In this document: positions 18,829 through 27,179 of the stretch, piece by piece
How the letters are laid out: every line of letters begins with the position of its first letter
Position numbering within the stretch: the first letter of the stretch is position 1
NCBI GenBank assembly: GCA_965371515.1
Contig: CBDUYR010000002.1
Coordinates: 32,001 to 96,000 of the forward strand
Direction of reading: 5' to 3'
DNA from: an uncultured bacterium
GTDB taxonomy: Bacteria; Krumholzibacteriota; Krumholzibacteriia; Krumholzibacteriales; Krumholzibacteriaceae
Length of the DNA: 64,000 nucleotides
Program-made: the position numbers and the translations under genes
Notes under the pieces: generated by a model
What the model was told of the DNA's origin: nothing
The model's database searches: none
Seen by the model: the letters and a program-made list of their open reading frames with translations, nothing else

Positions 18829-18857
18829 AGGATAGAAAAGGCTGGAATCAAAGTCAA
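18829..18857 (-). promoter_or_regulatory. Putative sigma70 promoter of hsp20-lon
   Basis: TTGACT (18852-18857) -17 nt- TATCCT (18829-18834). Confidence 0.55.
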
Positions 18858-18871
18858 TTCAAAAGGCTGGA
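18836..18871. repeat. 11-bp direct repeat AAAAGGCTGGA x2 flanking the -35 of the hsp20 promoter
   Basis: Exact copies at 18836-18846 and 18861-18871. Confidence 0.7.
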
Positions 18872-18875
18872 TATG

Positions 18876-18944
18876 AAAAGACGGGATGCCCTCTTACCCC
18901 TGTCCCTGCTGAAACTCCAGGTATGGATCAGCGGGCATCCCGTC
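18876..18944 (-). terminator. Branched stem-loop / probable terminator downstream of the lipoprotein gene
   Basis: 12-bp perfect inverted repeat GACGGGATGCCC (18880-18891 / 18933-18944) with internal stems, followed by U4 on the minus strand. Confidence 0.45.
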
Positions 18945-18953
18945 CTCTGTGGT

Positions 18954-19400
18954 CTATTTCTTGCCCACGCCTATCGCCGGATCACTGCCGGGATATATGA
19001 GCGGCTGTTCGTATCCGACAAGGCTGTAACTGGACAGTCTCTTCTCGTCGATATCCCAGTCGTACAGGATGTTGTCCTCGTCGAAATCGAGCATGTAGAC
19101 GAGCACCGAGCCTGCTCCCCTGTCCTGGATGTAGTAGATGAAGCGTTCCTCGTCATTCACGCTCGAGGTCAGGTAGACGTTCGGCATCCCCCAGGAGGCG
19201 ACGATCTCGTCTCCGTTCATTCCCCTTACGATCTCGCCGTTCCGGATGTTCTCCTGGAAGGCGCTCTCGGGATGACCCTCGATATAGATCTCCCTTGCCT
19301 CGCTGGATGTAAAATTCTCCCTCTCGATATGGGAAGTACAGGAACACCCTGAGACGAAGATCAGCAGGGGCATGGCGAAAAGAAGTGGCAGGTACCTCAT
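18954..19400 (-). CDS. Hypothetical lipoprotein
   Basis: Start at ATG 19400 after AAGGAGGGAG; lipobox FVSG-C; IVRGMNGDEIVASWGMP resembles SmpA/BamE-like repeats. Confidence 0.7.
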   Translation of the reverse strand: MRYLPLLFAMPLLIFVSGCSCTSHIERENFTSSEAREIYIEGHPESAFQENIRNGEIVRGMNGDEIVASWGMPNVYLTSSVNDEERFIYYIQDRGAGSVLVYMLDFDEDNILYDWDIDEKRLSSYSLVGYEQPLIYPGSDPAIGVGKK

Positions 19401-19615
19401 TGCGCTCCCTCCTTGATGTTGGGAGTCCTCCACACACAATGCGCCGAAACCCTTTACGGCACATCGATTTCATGACATGAGAGCGATCAGCACGAGAAAA
19501 CACCACGGCCCTCTCGAGCTGCGGTGTCACAACTCCTGTCTCCTCGCGGTGGGGTCCGAAAGGACAAAAATCACCCCCTGTCAAATCACCTTTCATTATT
19601 AAGTATATTCCGCTT

Positions 19616-21145
19616 TCACGGGGTGTCAATGGGGACCGGGAAAGCCTCGTAGAGAACAAGCGTGACCCCGGGCAGATAATATTCCGCGGAACGGTTCATA
19701 CTGGTCTCGAGGTGATCGACGATATGACCCTCGGCATCGGTGTCCCACACCCTGCAGCTGACCAGCCAGACTCTCCTGCGCCCTTCTGTCAGCCGGCGGA
19801 ATTTCTCCTCGATGCCGTCACGGTCAAGATGCGCGGCATAGATCGATTTCACGGGCCGGCTTCCGCGGTAATAGTGCCGTACCGCTCTCTCCATCCCCGG
19901 GGCAAGGATTACATCGCCTGGCATGTCCGCATCCGAGATGATCTCGACTGCGCCCCTGATATCATCCCTCGAGTACCTGGGCTCGAAGTGATAATGCATC
20001 ACCGAAAAAAGCATCAGTGCGCACAGGGCCGATGTCGCCGCGACACGCGCTGTCCTGGCGCGTGGGATCCCGTGTGCGATGATCGCGATGAACAGCGGGA
20101 AAGCGCACATGAGGTACCGTACGTTGAGGACCTTTATCTTGAGGATCGCCGCTGCAGTCACGAGTCCGATCGTCGCCGACAAAACGCAGATATAGAGGGC
20201 GGCCCTGCGTTCCCTGAACAGCCTGGCCAGACCGTTTACTGCGGCCGCTCCGAACAGCAACGCCGCAAGGGCTATCTGCAGGCCGTACCTGCCGAGCAGG
20301 GAGGACACCGTTACCGATTCATGCAGTTCCCGGAGATCCGGACCGTATGAGAATCCCATGGCAAAGGCGAAAAGACCGTACGGATATGCCATCAGTTCCG
20401 ACAGGCCGGCACCCTCCATCCTGTAGACGACCGGGCGGCTCGATGCTACCACCGCCCTTATCCTCCTGAGAAAGAAGAACTCCCTGTATATCCATGGAGA
20501 GACGATGACAAGCGTGACTAAGGCGGCGAGCGCTCCGTATCTCAGGTGGTTCCCCCTGAGCCTGCCCGTCACCACCATGTACAGGGCAAGTCCGGCGCAG
20601 AGGAAAACCGCCATGAAATGCGACAGACAGGCGAGTCCGAGGGCCAGGCCAAGCAGAAGACCGCTCCGGAACGAAGGCTTCTCGTCGAAACGGCTGAAGG
20701 CAAGCAGGGAAAGGACGACAAACATCGTGAGGAACGAGTAGAACCGCAGCTCCTGGGAATAGTAGATGTTGAAAGGGTTGACAGCCATCAGGAGGGCTCC
20801 GGCCAGGGCGGTGCTCTCATTCGACTCGCGCCTGAGCCAGAAATAGATGAGGATCACTGTCACGACCCCGGCCAAGGCTCCCGGAGCGCGCAGCCAGGCC
20901 TCCGAGGAAGATGCCAGCGCCCAGAAATGCATAGCCAGCGAATAGAGCGGCCCGTGAACGTCCCACAACAGTTTGACGCCGTAGGGGATCCCTCCTTCCG
21001 GCGACGAATAAGACCCGATCGTGAGGATCTCGTCGAGCCAGAACGACTGATGACCAAGCCGGAAAAACCTCAGCACGGCGGCCAGCACGGCGACTGCCGT
21101 CAACACCGCAAGATTTCTGCTGTCTCCTCCTGTATTCCTCATCAT
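19616..21145 (-). CDS. GT-C membrane glycosyltransferase (ArnT/PMT, GT39/GT83-like)
   Basis: LRFFRLGHQSFWLDE, DVHGPLY, YYSQELRFY; many TM helices. Confidence 0.85.
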   Translation of the reverse strand: MMRNTGGDSRNLAVLTAVAVLAAVLRFFRLGHQSFWLDEILTIGSYSSPEGGIPYGVKLLWDVHGPLYSLAMHFWALASSSEAWLRAPGALAGVVTVILIYFWLRRESNESTALAGALLMAVNPFNIYYSQELRFYSFLTMFVVLSLLAFSRFDEKPSFRSGLLLGLALGLACLSHFMAVFLCAGLALYMVVTGRLRGNHLRYGALAALVTLVIVSPWIYREFFFLRRIRAVVASSRPVVYRMEGAGLSELMAYPYGLFAFAMGFSYGPDLRELHESVTVSSLLGRYGLQIALAALLFGAAAVNGLARLFRERRAALYICVLSATIGLVTAAAILKIKVLNVRYLMCAFPLFIAIIAHGIPRARTARVAATSALCALMLFSVMHYHFEPRYSRDDIRGAVEIISDADMPGDVILAPGMERAVRHYYRGSRPVKSIYAAHLDRDGIEEKFRRLTEGRRRVWLVSCRVWDTDAEGHIVDHLETSMNRSAEYYLPGVTLVLYEAFPVPIDTP

Positions 21146-21214
21146 TGTCCTTATACCCCCGCAGCGCGATTTTTTCCAGTTGAAAACGAGTTTATCGAAG
21201 CCGATACTCGATCC

Positions 21215-22114
21215 ATGGCGTCAGCAGAGAAAAAAGATACGACGATCTACATCGGGCCCGCAGGCTGGTCGTACGCCGACTGGGAAGGAGTTGTCTACCC
21301 TTCAGGCACAGGGTATGACAGGCTTCTCTACATGGCACGCTACTTTAACGTAATCGAGCTCAACAGCTCATTCTACCGGATCCCCGGGGAAAAGATGGTC
21401 TCCAGCTGGCGGGACAGGCTTTCGACCGTGCCCGGGTTCAGGCTCACCATCAAGGTCAACGGTAAGTTCACGCACGAGAGGGAGTACGTACCGAGCGAGC
21501 TGAAGGCATTCACAGCCCGTTTCTCCCCGCTGCACGAGGCTGGTATCTCTGGTCCCTTTCTCCTGCAGTTCCCCTGGTCTTTCAGAAACACCCCTCGATC
21601 GAGAGAATATCTAGAGAGACTGACTCCCTTCTTCGAGGGCCGTCCGACTGCTGTCGAGTTGAGACACGGCTCCTGGGACGACCCCGAAACACTCGACCTG
21701 CTGTCGAGGTGCGGCTTCGCGTTCTGCAACATCGACCAGCCGCTGATCGGCGATTCCTTCCCGCCGTCGTCATTCGTGACCGATCATGACACGGGCTACA
21801 TCCGTCTCCACGGGAGGAACAGTAAGGACTGGTTCCGCAGCGGCGCCGGCCGCGACGCGAGGTACGACTATCTCTATTCACAGGAAGAGATGGAGGAATG
21901 GTCGAAACGTGCCAGCGAGATGATGGGCAGGGTCAGTTCGCTCTTCATAATCACGAACAATCATTTCAGGGGTCAGGCGCTGGTCAACGCCCTCCAGTTG
22001 AAGTCGATGCTCGAAGGAGGCCTGATCGAGGCTCCGGCTTCGCTCATGAGAACATTCGGATCTTTGAGGGATTTCGCCGCTCCCCTTCCCGGAGATGAGG
22101 AACTCGACTTTTAG
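21215..22114 (+). CDS. DUF72 (YecE-like) TIM-barrel protein
   Basis: IGPAGWSYADWEGVVYP, ELNSSFYRIP, LQFPWSF, VELRHGSW, YIRLHGRN, RYDYLYS, NNH. Start placed at ATG 21215. Confidence 0.9.
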   Translation: MASAEKKDTTIYIGPAGWSYADWEGVVYPSGTGYDRLLYMARYFNVIELNSSFYRIPGEKMVSSWRDRLSTVPGFRLTIKVNGKFTHEREYVPSELKAFTARFSPLHEAGISGPFLLQFPWSFRNTPRSREYLERLTPFFEGRPTAVELRHGSWDDPETLDLLSRCGFAFCNIDQPLIGDSFPPSSFVTDHDTGYIRLHGRNSKDWFRSGAGRDARYDYLYSQEEMEEWSKRASEMMGRVSSLFIITNNHFRGQALVNALQLKSMLEGGLIEAPASLMRTFGSLRDFAAPLPGDEELDF

Positions 22115-22119
22115 GAAAG

Positions 22120-22695
22120 CTACCTCGTCAATATGCCCAGGAGCAGAACGAGCAGAAACAGTGCGACGTAAAACAGCAGCTTCTTCGGAGATAAATGGGA
22201 CCCTTCTCCACCCACCTTCAACGTCATCTTTTTCTTCTGTTTCCTGGCCCTGACAAGGGGCGTAAGGCAGAACTGGCAGAACTCGTCGTCCTTCTTCAGT
22301 GGAAAGCCGCATTTGATACAGTTCTTTTCCTCGATTTCGACGATCTCCTGTTTCTCTTCGGGGATCTCGACCTCAGGCTTCACTTCTTCGGGATTGCAAT
22401 CCTCTATGAAGCCGATGCCTCCGGCCTCTTCGATCAGTTCGAGCGCACCTCGAGCCTTCGATGCGATTTTCGTCTCTACGACCTTCTTCGGCAGGTCGCG
22501 AAGCATGAACTTTATCTTGGTAACGGGCGTGCTGGTCAGTATCCCATATTTGATGGCGAATGAATCGGGAGTCTCGATCTCTCGCTTTATCCCCTCGAGG
22601 GTGACCTTGTAGATCGTTTCTTTCGGTCTGACGTCTTTCTTATCATCACCATCTTTGGGCGTGGCAGATCTGTATATGGAATCCTGTACGGACAT
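22120..22695 (-). CDS. Hypothetical membrane-anchored protein: ribosomal L7/L12-CTD-like domain + zinc ribbon + C-terminal TM helix
   Basis: LPKKVVE...KARGALELIEEAGG; CIKC-x10-CQFC; hydrophobic C-terminus. Confidence 0.6.
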   Translation of the reverse strand: MSVQDSIYRSATPKDGDDKKDVRPKETIYKVTLEGIKREIETPDSFAIKYGILTSTPVTKIKFMLRDLPKKVVETKIASKARGALELIEEAGGIGFIEDCNPEEVKPEVEIPEEKQEIVEIEEKNCIKCGFPLKKDDEFCQFCLTPLVRARKQKKKMTLKVGGEGSHLSPKKLLFYVALFLLVLLLGILTR

Positions 22696-22719
22696 AATAC
22701 TCCCTTCGGGGTTATAGAA

Positions 22720-22736
22720 AGCATTATCCGTGCCAC
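22720..22736 (-). promoter_or_regulatory. Putative sigma54 promoter
   Basis: Minus strand GTGGCACGGATAATGCT: TGGCACG-N4-ATGC, GG-N10-GC, 25 nt upstream of the ATG and just past a terminator. Confidence 0.6.
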
Positions 22737-22767
22737 AGACAGTCGATCGGTTAAGCGAATCGGCGGG

Positions 22768-22798
22768 AAAAAAAGGGGCAGGAAACTATTCCTGCCCC
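22768..22798 (-). terminator. Rho-independent terminator
   Basis: GGGGCAGGAA-loop-TTCCTGCCCC followed by U7 on the minus strand. Confidence 0.85.
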
Positions 22799-22821
22799 AT
22801 TGAGAATTATTATTGAAACTG

Positions 22822-23217
22822 TTATCGCGTATTGATTACCGCACACTCCTCGCCGGCCCTCCAACCCTCTATCCCGAAGGTATCGACCGCTGACACCTGG
22901 TAGCAATACTCTACGTTGCCGACGAGCTTCGTGTCTGTGTATGTCAGGTCGGTCGTCGTCCCGGCCAGTTCGACCACGTCGAACGCGGCAAAGTAGTAAT
23001 AGACCCTGAATTCCTCCAGCGTCCCCATACTCTCCGGCGGGTAGTCCCACGATATCGTAGCCTGCTCCGTCCCCGGTGTGACCGTCAGCTCGGTCGGGGT
23101 CGGCGGAGCATCCACATCGAAGGGCGCAGGTTCCGTCCCGTGGTTATTCGAGCAGGAGACGAGGGCGGCAGCCGCGACAATCGTCAATGCCATTATCATC
23201 TTCTTCAGCATCGTCAT
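22822..23217 (-). CDS. Fibronectin type III domain lipoprotein
   Basis: Lipobox ALVS-C; PPTPTELTV...ISWD...FRVY...YTDT...YCYQVSAVD. Confidence 0.8.
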   Translation of the reverse strand: MTMLKKMIMALTIVAAAALVSCSNNHGTEPAPFDVDAPPTPTELTVTPGTEQATISWDYPPESMGTLEEFRVYYYFAAFDVVELAGTTTDLTYTDTKLVGNVEYCYQVSAVDTFGIEGWRAGEECAVINTR

Positions 23218-23223
23218 CGCCTC

Positions 23224-23703
23224 CTAGAACGAGAATGTCTTCACGACCATGAAACCATCCGGCCTGATCTCCATCGAGACAGGGGGAACGCTCGCCTCGG
23301 GGCCAAGCGTGATGTCGAGAATACTCCAGACGTACATTCCAGCCAGGACACCGATCGCAATGTTACGGTACCCGTAGATATCATCCGCATCATTCCAGCT
23401 GTCCGTCATCTGCGAGTAGTACTCAACGGCGTCCCCGATGTAGGCTGCCTGCGCGTACCCCCTCTGCGCCTCCTCATACGAATCTATGTGCCGATTGTAC
23501 TGCAGGGTAAACCCGCTGATCACTGCGATCGAAACGAGCGCCGTTCCCATCATCACAGCGCCCCTCGTATACCGCCCGGTCGAGAACTGCCCCCACCCCG
23601 GGAATACGACCGACTTGATCACATCTTCGTTCCTTTCGGCGGCGGCGGCCAGAGACGGCAGCAGGAGCAATGCCAGGAGCACTGTCACCGCAATCTTTCT
23701 CAT
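23224..23703 (-). CDS. Exported/membrane hypothetical protein (DUF5683-like)
   Basis: Signal peptide from ATG 23703 (AGGA upstream); SVVFPGWGQF motif; C-terminal FSF. Confidence 0.65.
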   Translation of the reverse strand: MRKIAVTVLLALLLLPSLAAAAERNEDVIKSVVFPGWGQFSTGRYTRGAVMMGTALVSIAVISGFTLQYNRHIDSYEEAQRGYAQAAYIGDAVEYYSQMTDSWNDADDIYGYRNIAIGVLAGMYVWSILDITLGPEASVPPVSMEIRPDGFMVVKTFSF

Positions 23704-23819
23704 CCTGAATCCTTTCTCCAGGTCATTTCGTTTACGGCTCTTATCCGTTATGTACGAATTTCCGGCGAAAATGTTACATCGCCATACTATAACCTCTTGA
23801 GGACTGGAACAATAGCCGA

Positions 23820-23848
23820 TTGACATGTTTCGGGAAAGCACTTAGTTT
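23820..23848 (+). promoter_or_regulatory. Putative sigma70 promoter of the ABC operon
   Basis: TTGACA -17 nt- TAGTTT. Confidence 0.5.
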
Positions 23849-23898
23849 TATGTCTGCTGCACGCTGGCGAGCAGCCGGCTTCATCGTGGAGGACGGAT

Positions 23899-24849
23899 TT
23901 GATCCGAATAAGGGAACTGTCAAAATATTACGGGATTACGAAGGCTGTGGATAACCTCTCCTTTACTGTCGAGAGAGGCGAAGTCCTCGGTTTTCTCGGG
24001 CCGAACGGCGCCGGCAAGACCACCACGATGAAAATACTCGCCTGCTACCTTCCCCCTTCTTCCGGTACGGCGGAGATCTTCGGATCCGACATACTGAATG
24101 ATTCGATGGCGGTAAGGAAGAGGATCGGCTACCTCCCCGAAAAGAATCCCCTCTACACCGACATGGACGTCCGCTCCTTCCTCGAGTTCGCTGCCCGCCT
24201 GAAGGGCGTGGAAAGAGAGTCGCTGAACGGTTCGGTGGGCGCAGTCATAGAGAGATGCGGGCTCGGGGAAGTGAGGCGCAGGAAGATCGGCAACCTCTCA
24301 AAGGGATTCCAGCAGAGGGTAGGAATCGCCCAGGCGATCGTGAACGATCCGGAGCTGCTGATCCTCGACGAGCCGACGATCGGCCTCGACCCGAGGCAGA
24401 TAATCGACATCAGAACGCTGATCAAGGAACTGGGCAGGGAGAGGACCGTCATACTCAGCTCACACATCCTCCCCGAGGTAAGCCAGGTCTGCGACAGGAT
24501 AATCATTATCAACAACGGACGTCTCGTGGCCGTCGATTCCCCGGACAACCTCCGCAACAGGCTCAAGAAATCCTCGATGACCAAGGTCCGCATTGCCGGA
24601 TCAGCCGATCCGGCCGACACCGAACGTGTCATCCTGTCAGTCGAGGGGACGCGCATGATCCGGATCGAGGAACCGGGCGGAGACGGGTCCGCACTTATCA
24701 CGGTCGAATCGTCTTCCGATTCCGATATCCGCAGCGCTCTCGCGAAAAGACTCGTCGAGGAGGATATACCCCTGCTCGAGATCTACAGCGAGGAACTCTC
24801 CCTGGAGGACATCTTCATCAGGCTCGTTACCGAGGAGGGCAACGCATGA
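23899..24849 (+). CDS. ABC-2 transporter ATP-binding protein (GldA-like)
   Basis: GPNGAGKTT, LSKGFQQRVGIAQA, ILDEPTIGLDP, SSHILPEV. Confidence 0.92.
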   Translation: MIRIRELSKYYGITKAVDNLSFTVERGEVLGFLGPNGAGKTTTMKILACYLPPSSGTAEIFGSDILNDSMAVRKRIGYLPEKNPLYTDMDVRSFLEFAARLKGVERESLNGSVGAVIERCGLGEVRRRKIGNLSKGFQQRVGIAQAIVNDPELLILDEPTIGLDPRQIIDIRTLIKELGRERTVILSSHILPEVSQVCDRIIIINNGRLVAVDSPDNLRNRLKKSSMTKVRIAGSADPADTERVILSVEGTRMIRIEEPGGDGSALITVESSSDSDIRSALAKRLVEEDIPLLEIYSEELSLEDIFIRLVTEEGNA

Positions 24850-25616
24850 GCATAACCTCCGCGATATACGGCAGGGAACTGAGATACTTTTTCCAGTCGG
24901 TGACAGCGTATGTGGTCATCTTTATGTTTCTGGTAGTGTCAGGCGGATTCTTCTACTTCATCTTCCGTGCCTACAACCTGATGTCCCTGCAGTCGTTGCA
25001 GAGCGCATTCGCGCCGGGGGGCCTGAACCTCATCGACGGAGTGATGCGGCCGCTGCTCGGCAACATCAGCATCATGATCCTGCTCTTCCTGCCCCTTCTC
25101 ACGATGAGACTGATGGCCGAGGAAAAGAAGCAGGGAACCTTCGAACTCCTCTCCACATACCCCGTCTCCGACATAGCCATCGTATCGGGCAAGTTTCTCG
25201 CGGCGCTGACTGTATACGCGATAATGCTCGGCTGCACTCTGCTGTATCCAGGGATGCTCTTCTTATACGCCGAACCGGAGATCGTACCCATCGTCACGGG
25301 ATACCTCGGTCTTCTGCTCATGGGCACCGCTTTCATCGCAATCGGTACATTTTTTTCTTCACTTACCTCCAACCAGATCATCGCCGGCGTAGCCACCTTC
25401 AGCACTTTCCTCTTCTTTCTCCTGATCGGCTGGGGCGTCCCGTTTGTCGGACCGAAGTTCGCGGAGGTTCTCGCGCAGGTATCTATCCTCTATCATTTCG
25501 AATCTTTCTCAAAGGGAGTGATCGAGACGAGCGACGTGACATACTATATCTTCCTCGCTGCCTTTTTCCTGTTTCTGACGGTGAGGTCTCTCGAATCAAC
25601 CAGGTGGAAAAGCTGA
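24846..25616 (+). CDS. ABC-2 permease (GldF-like)
   Basis: Start ATG 24846 (ATGA overlap); RELRYFF, PLLTMRLMAEEKKQGTFELL, SSLTSNQI. Confidence 0.88.
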   Translation: MSITSAIYGRELRYFFQSVTAYVVIFMFLVVSGGFFYFIFRAYNLMSLQSLQSAFAPGGLNLIDGVMRPLLGNISIMILLFLPLLTMRLMAEEKKQGTFELLSTYPVSDIAIVSGKFLAALTVYAIMLGCTLLYPGMLFLYAEPEIVPIVTGYLGLLLMGTAFIAIGTFFSSLTSNQIIAGVATFSTFLFFLLIGWGVPFVGPKFAEVLAQVSILYHFESFSKGVIETSDVTYYIFLAAFFLFLTVRSLESTRWKS

Positions 25617-27166
25617 TGGGCAGCGTAATTTATAAAGTGCTCGGCGCTGCCGGTCTCGTCCTGATCGTCATCGGGGGAATAGTCTACGGGATCTTCTACA
25701 CGAGCGGGTGGCCCGCCGTACTCCCCCTCGCCCTCGGCATTGTGCTGACCATAGGGGCTTTCGCCGGTGGATACCGTTCCGAAAGATCGGAAGGATCGAG
25801 ACGAACCGCCCGATACGGAATAAGCGCTGGCCTTTCCGCCATAACGGTGGCTGCTATCCTGATCTTCCTCCAGACACTGTCTTTCAGGCATACTTCTACG
25901 ATCGATCTTACGAGCAACCGGCGTTTTTCCCTCTCATCCCAGACAGAAAAGGTCCTCGGCGCACTTGAAACACCCGTGCACCTCACTGGATTCTACAAGG
26001 AGACGAGCCAGGACAGGGTCGTGCTGCAGGACCTGCTCGAGAGTTATTCGGCGCGCAAACCGGCCGTGACATTTATCTTCATCGATCCCGACAAGTATCC
26101 AACTAAAGCACGAGAGTATGGAGTCACAAAACCAGGCATACTATTCGTAGAAACCGGCGAGGCGCGTGAAGAACTCGAGAATCCTGACGAGCAGCGTTTG
26201 ACAAACGCAATCGCCAGGGTGACTTCCGGCAGTGTGAAGACGGTCTGCTTCCTCACCGGCCATGGGGAAAAGTCGGTTTTCGAGACGGGGCCCCACGGTA
26301 TCAGCGGTCTGATGGAGGCGCTCCATATGGAAAATTTCGAGGTCCGTGACATCCTCGCTCTCAGCGCCGAGAAGATTCCGGAGGAGTGTGACATCCTCAT
26401 CGCCGCCGGTCCTGAGAAGGACATAGTCAAGCATGAGCAGAATGTGATCCTCGACTACCTGGTCGGCGGCGGACGTGCCCTCTTCCTCGTCGATCCGATG
26501 ACCGAGATCACAAACATCGAGGGGATACTGGCAGCCTACGGAATAATTCTCGGCGACGACGTTATCGTAGACATGCAGGGAAAACTACTTGCGGGCAACT
26601 TTCTCACTCCTGTTGTGAACAGTTACGGCAAGCATCCGATAACCGACGGATTCCGGCATTTCACATTCTTCCCTCAGGCACGGTCTGTCATCGCGCTGGC
26701 GGATACACCTCCATCTCTGGTGGTTACGGCCCTTTGCCGGACAAATGAAGGTACCTATTCCGAGACCGATATGTCGACCCTGCTCGAGGGCCAGACGCAG
26801 TACGATCCCTCGGAGGACACCAAGGGGCCGATCGACATCGCCGTGGCCTCGGCCATGGGATTCAGCCCTGATTCCATGTCCACGGTCATTGAATCCCGCG
26901 TGGTCGTTTTCGGCGACAGCGATTTCGCCGGGAACTCCAACCTTCGTCTTTCGGGAAACAGGGATCTTCTACTCAATACGATCCTCTGGCTCGCCGAGGC
27001 GGAAGACATGATCTCGATCAGGCCGACCGACAACCTGCAGCAGCCCGTCCTGCTGACAGCTGCCCAGGGACGTTTCGTCTTCTGGATCCCGGTCGTTGCC
27101 CTTCCTGCACTGGTACTGCTCACCGGAGCGGCGATCCTCACGTGGAGAAAGAAAACCGTCCGGTAG
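25604..27166 (+). CDS. GldG-like ABC auxiliary component (GIFT/IFT52-like domain)
   Basis: DLTSNRRFSLSSQT, FLTGHGEK, VVFGDSDF, GNRDLLLNTILWL; start at 25604 or 25616. Confidence 0.85.
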   Translation: MEKLMGSVIYKVLGAAGLVLIVIGGIVYGIFYTSGWPAVLPLALGIVLTIGAFAGGYRSERSEGSRRTARYGISAGLSAITVAAILIFLQTLSFRHTSTIDLTSNRRFSLSSQTEKVLGALETPVHLTGFYKETSQDRVVLQDLLESYSARKPAVTFIFIDPDKYPTKAREYGVTKPGILFVETGEAREELENPDEQRLTNAIARVTSGSVKTVCFLTGHGEKSVFETGPHGISGLMEALHMENFEVRDILALSAEKIPEECDILIAAGPEKDIVKHEQNVILDYLVGGGRALFLVDPMTEITNIEGILAAYGIILGDDVIVDMQGKLLAGNFLTPVVNSYGKHPITDGFRHFTFFPQARSVIALADTPPSLVVTALCRTNEGTYSETDMSTLLEGQTQYDPSEDTKGPIDIAVASAMGFSPDSMSTVIESRVVVFGDSDFAGNSNLRLSGNRDLLLNTILWLAEAEDMISIRPTDNLQQPVLLTAAQGRFVFWIPVVALPALVLLTGAAILTWRKKTVR

Positions 27167-27179
27167 TGGAGGTCCCGAT

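Noticed and set aside
18846..18864. ATCAAAGTCAATTCAAAA resembling a CtsR box upstream of hsp20
   Set aside because: Does not fit the RGTCAAA-NAN-RGTCAAA spacing; explained by the -35 element.
19401..19615. Intergenic region with small hairpins (GTCC-GAAA-GGAC at 19554-19565) and an AAATCACC direct repeat (19568-19575, 19583-19590) around a TTGACA; considered as a riboswitch or operator
   Set aside because: No match to riboswitch consensus motifs I know, no -10 at proper spacing, and an 8-bp repeat is weak evidence.
20546..21214. Apparent 223-aa N-terminal extension of the DUF72 ORF
   Set aside because: Lies antisense to the GT-C gene; DUF72 homology begins just after ATG 21215.
24255..24845. 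Apparent N-terminal extension of the ABC permease
   Set aside because: Out-of-frame overlap with the ATPase gene, Arg/Pro-rich junk; the real start is the ATGA overlap at 24846.
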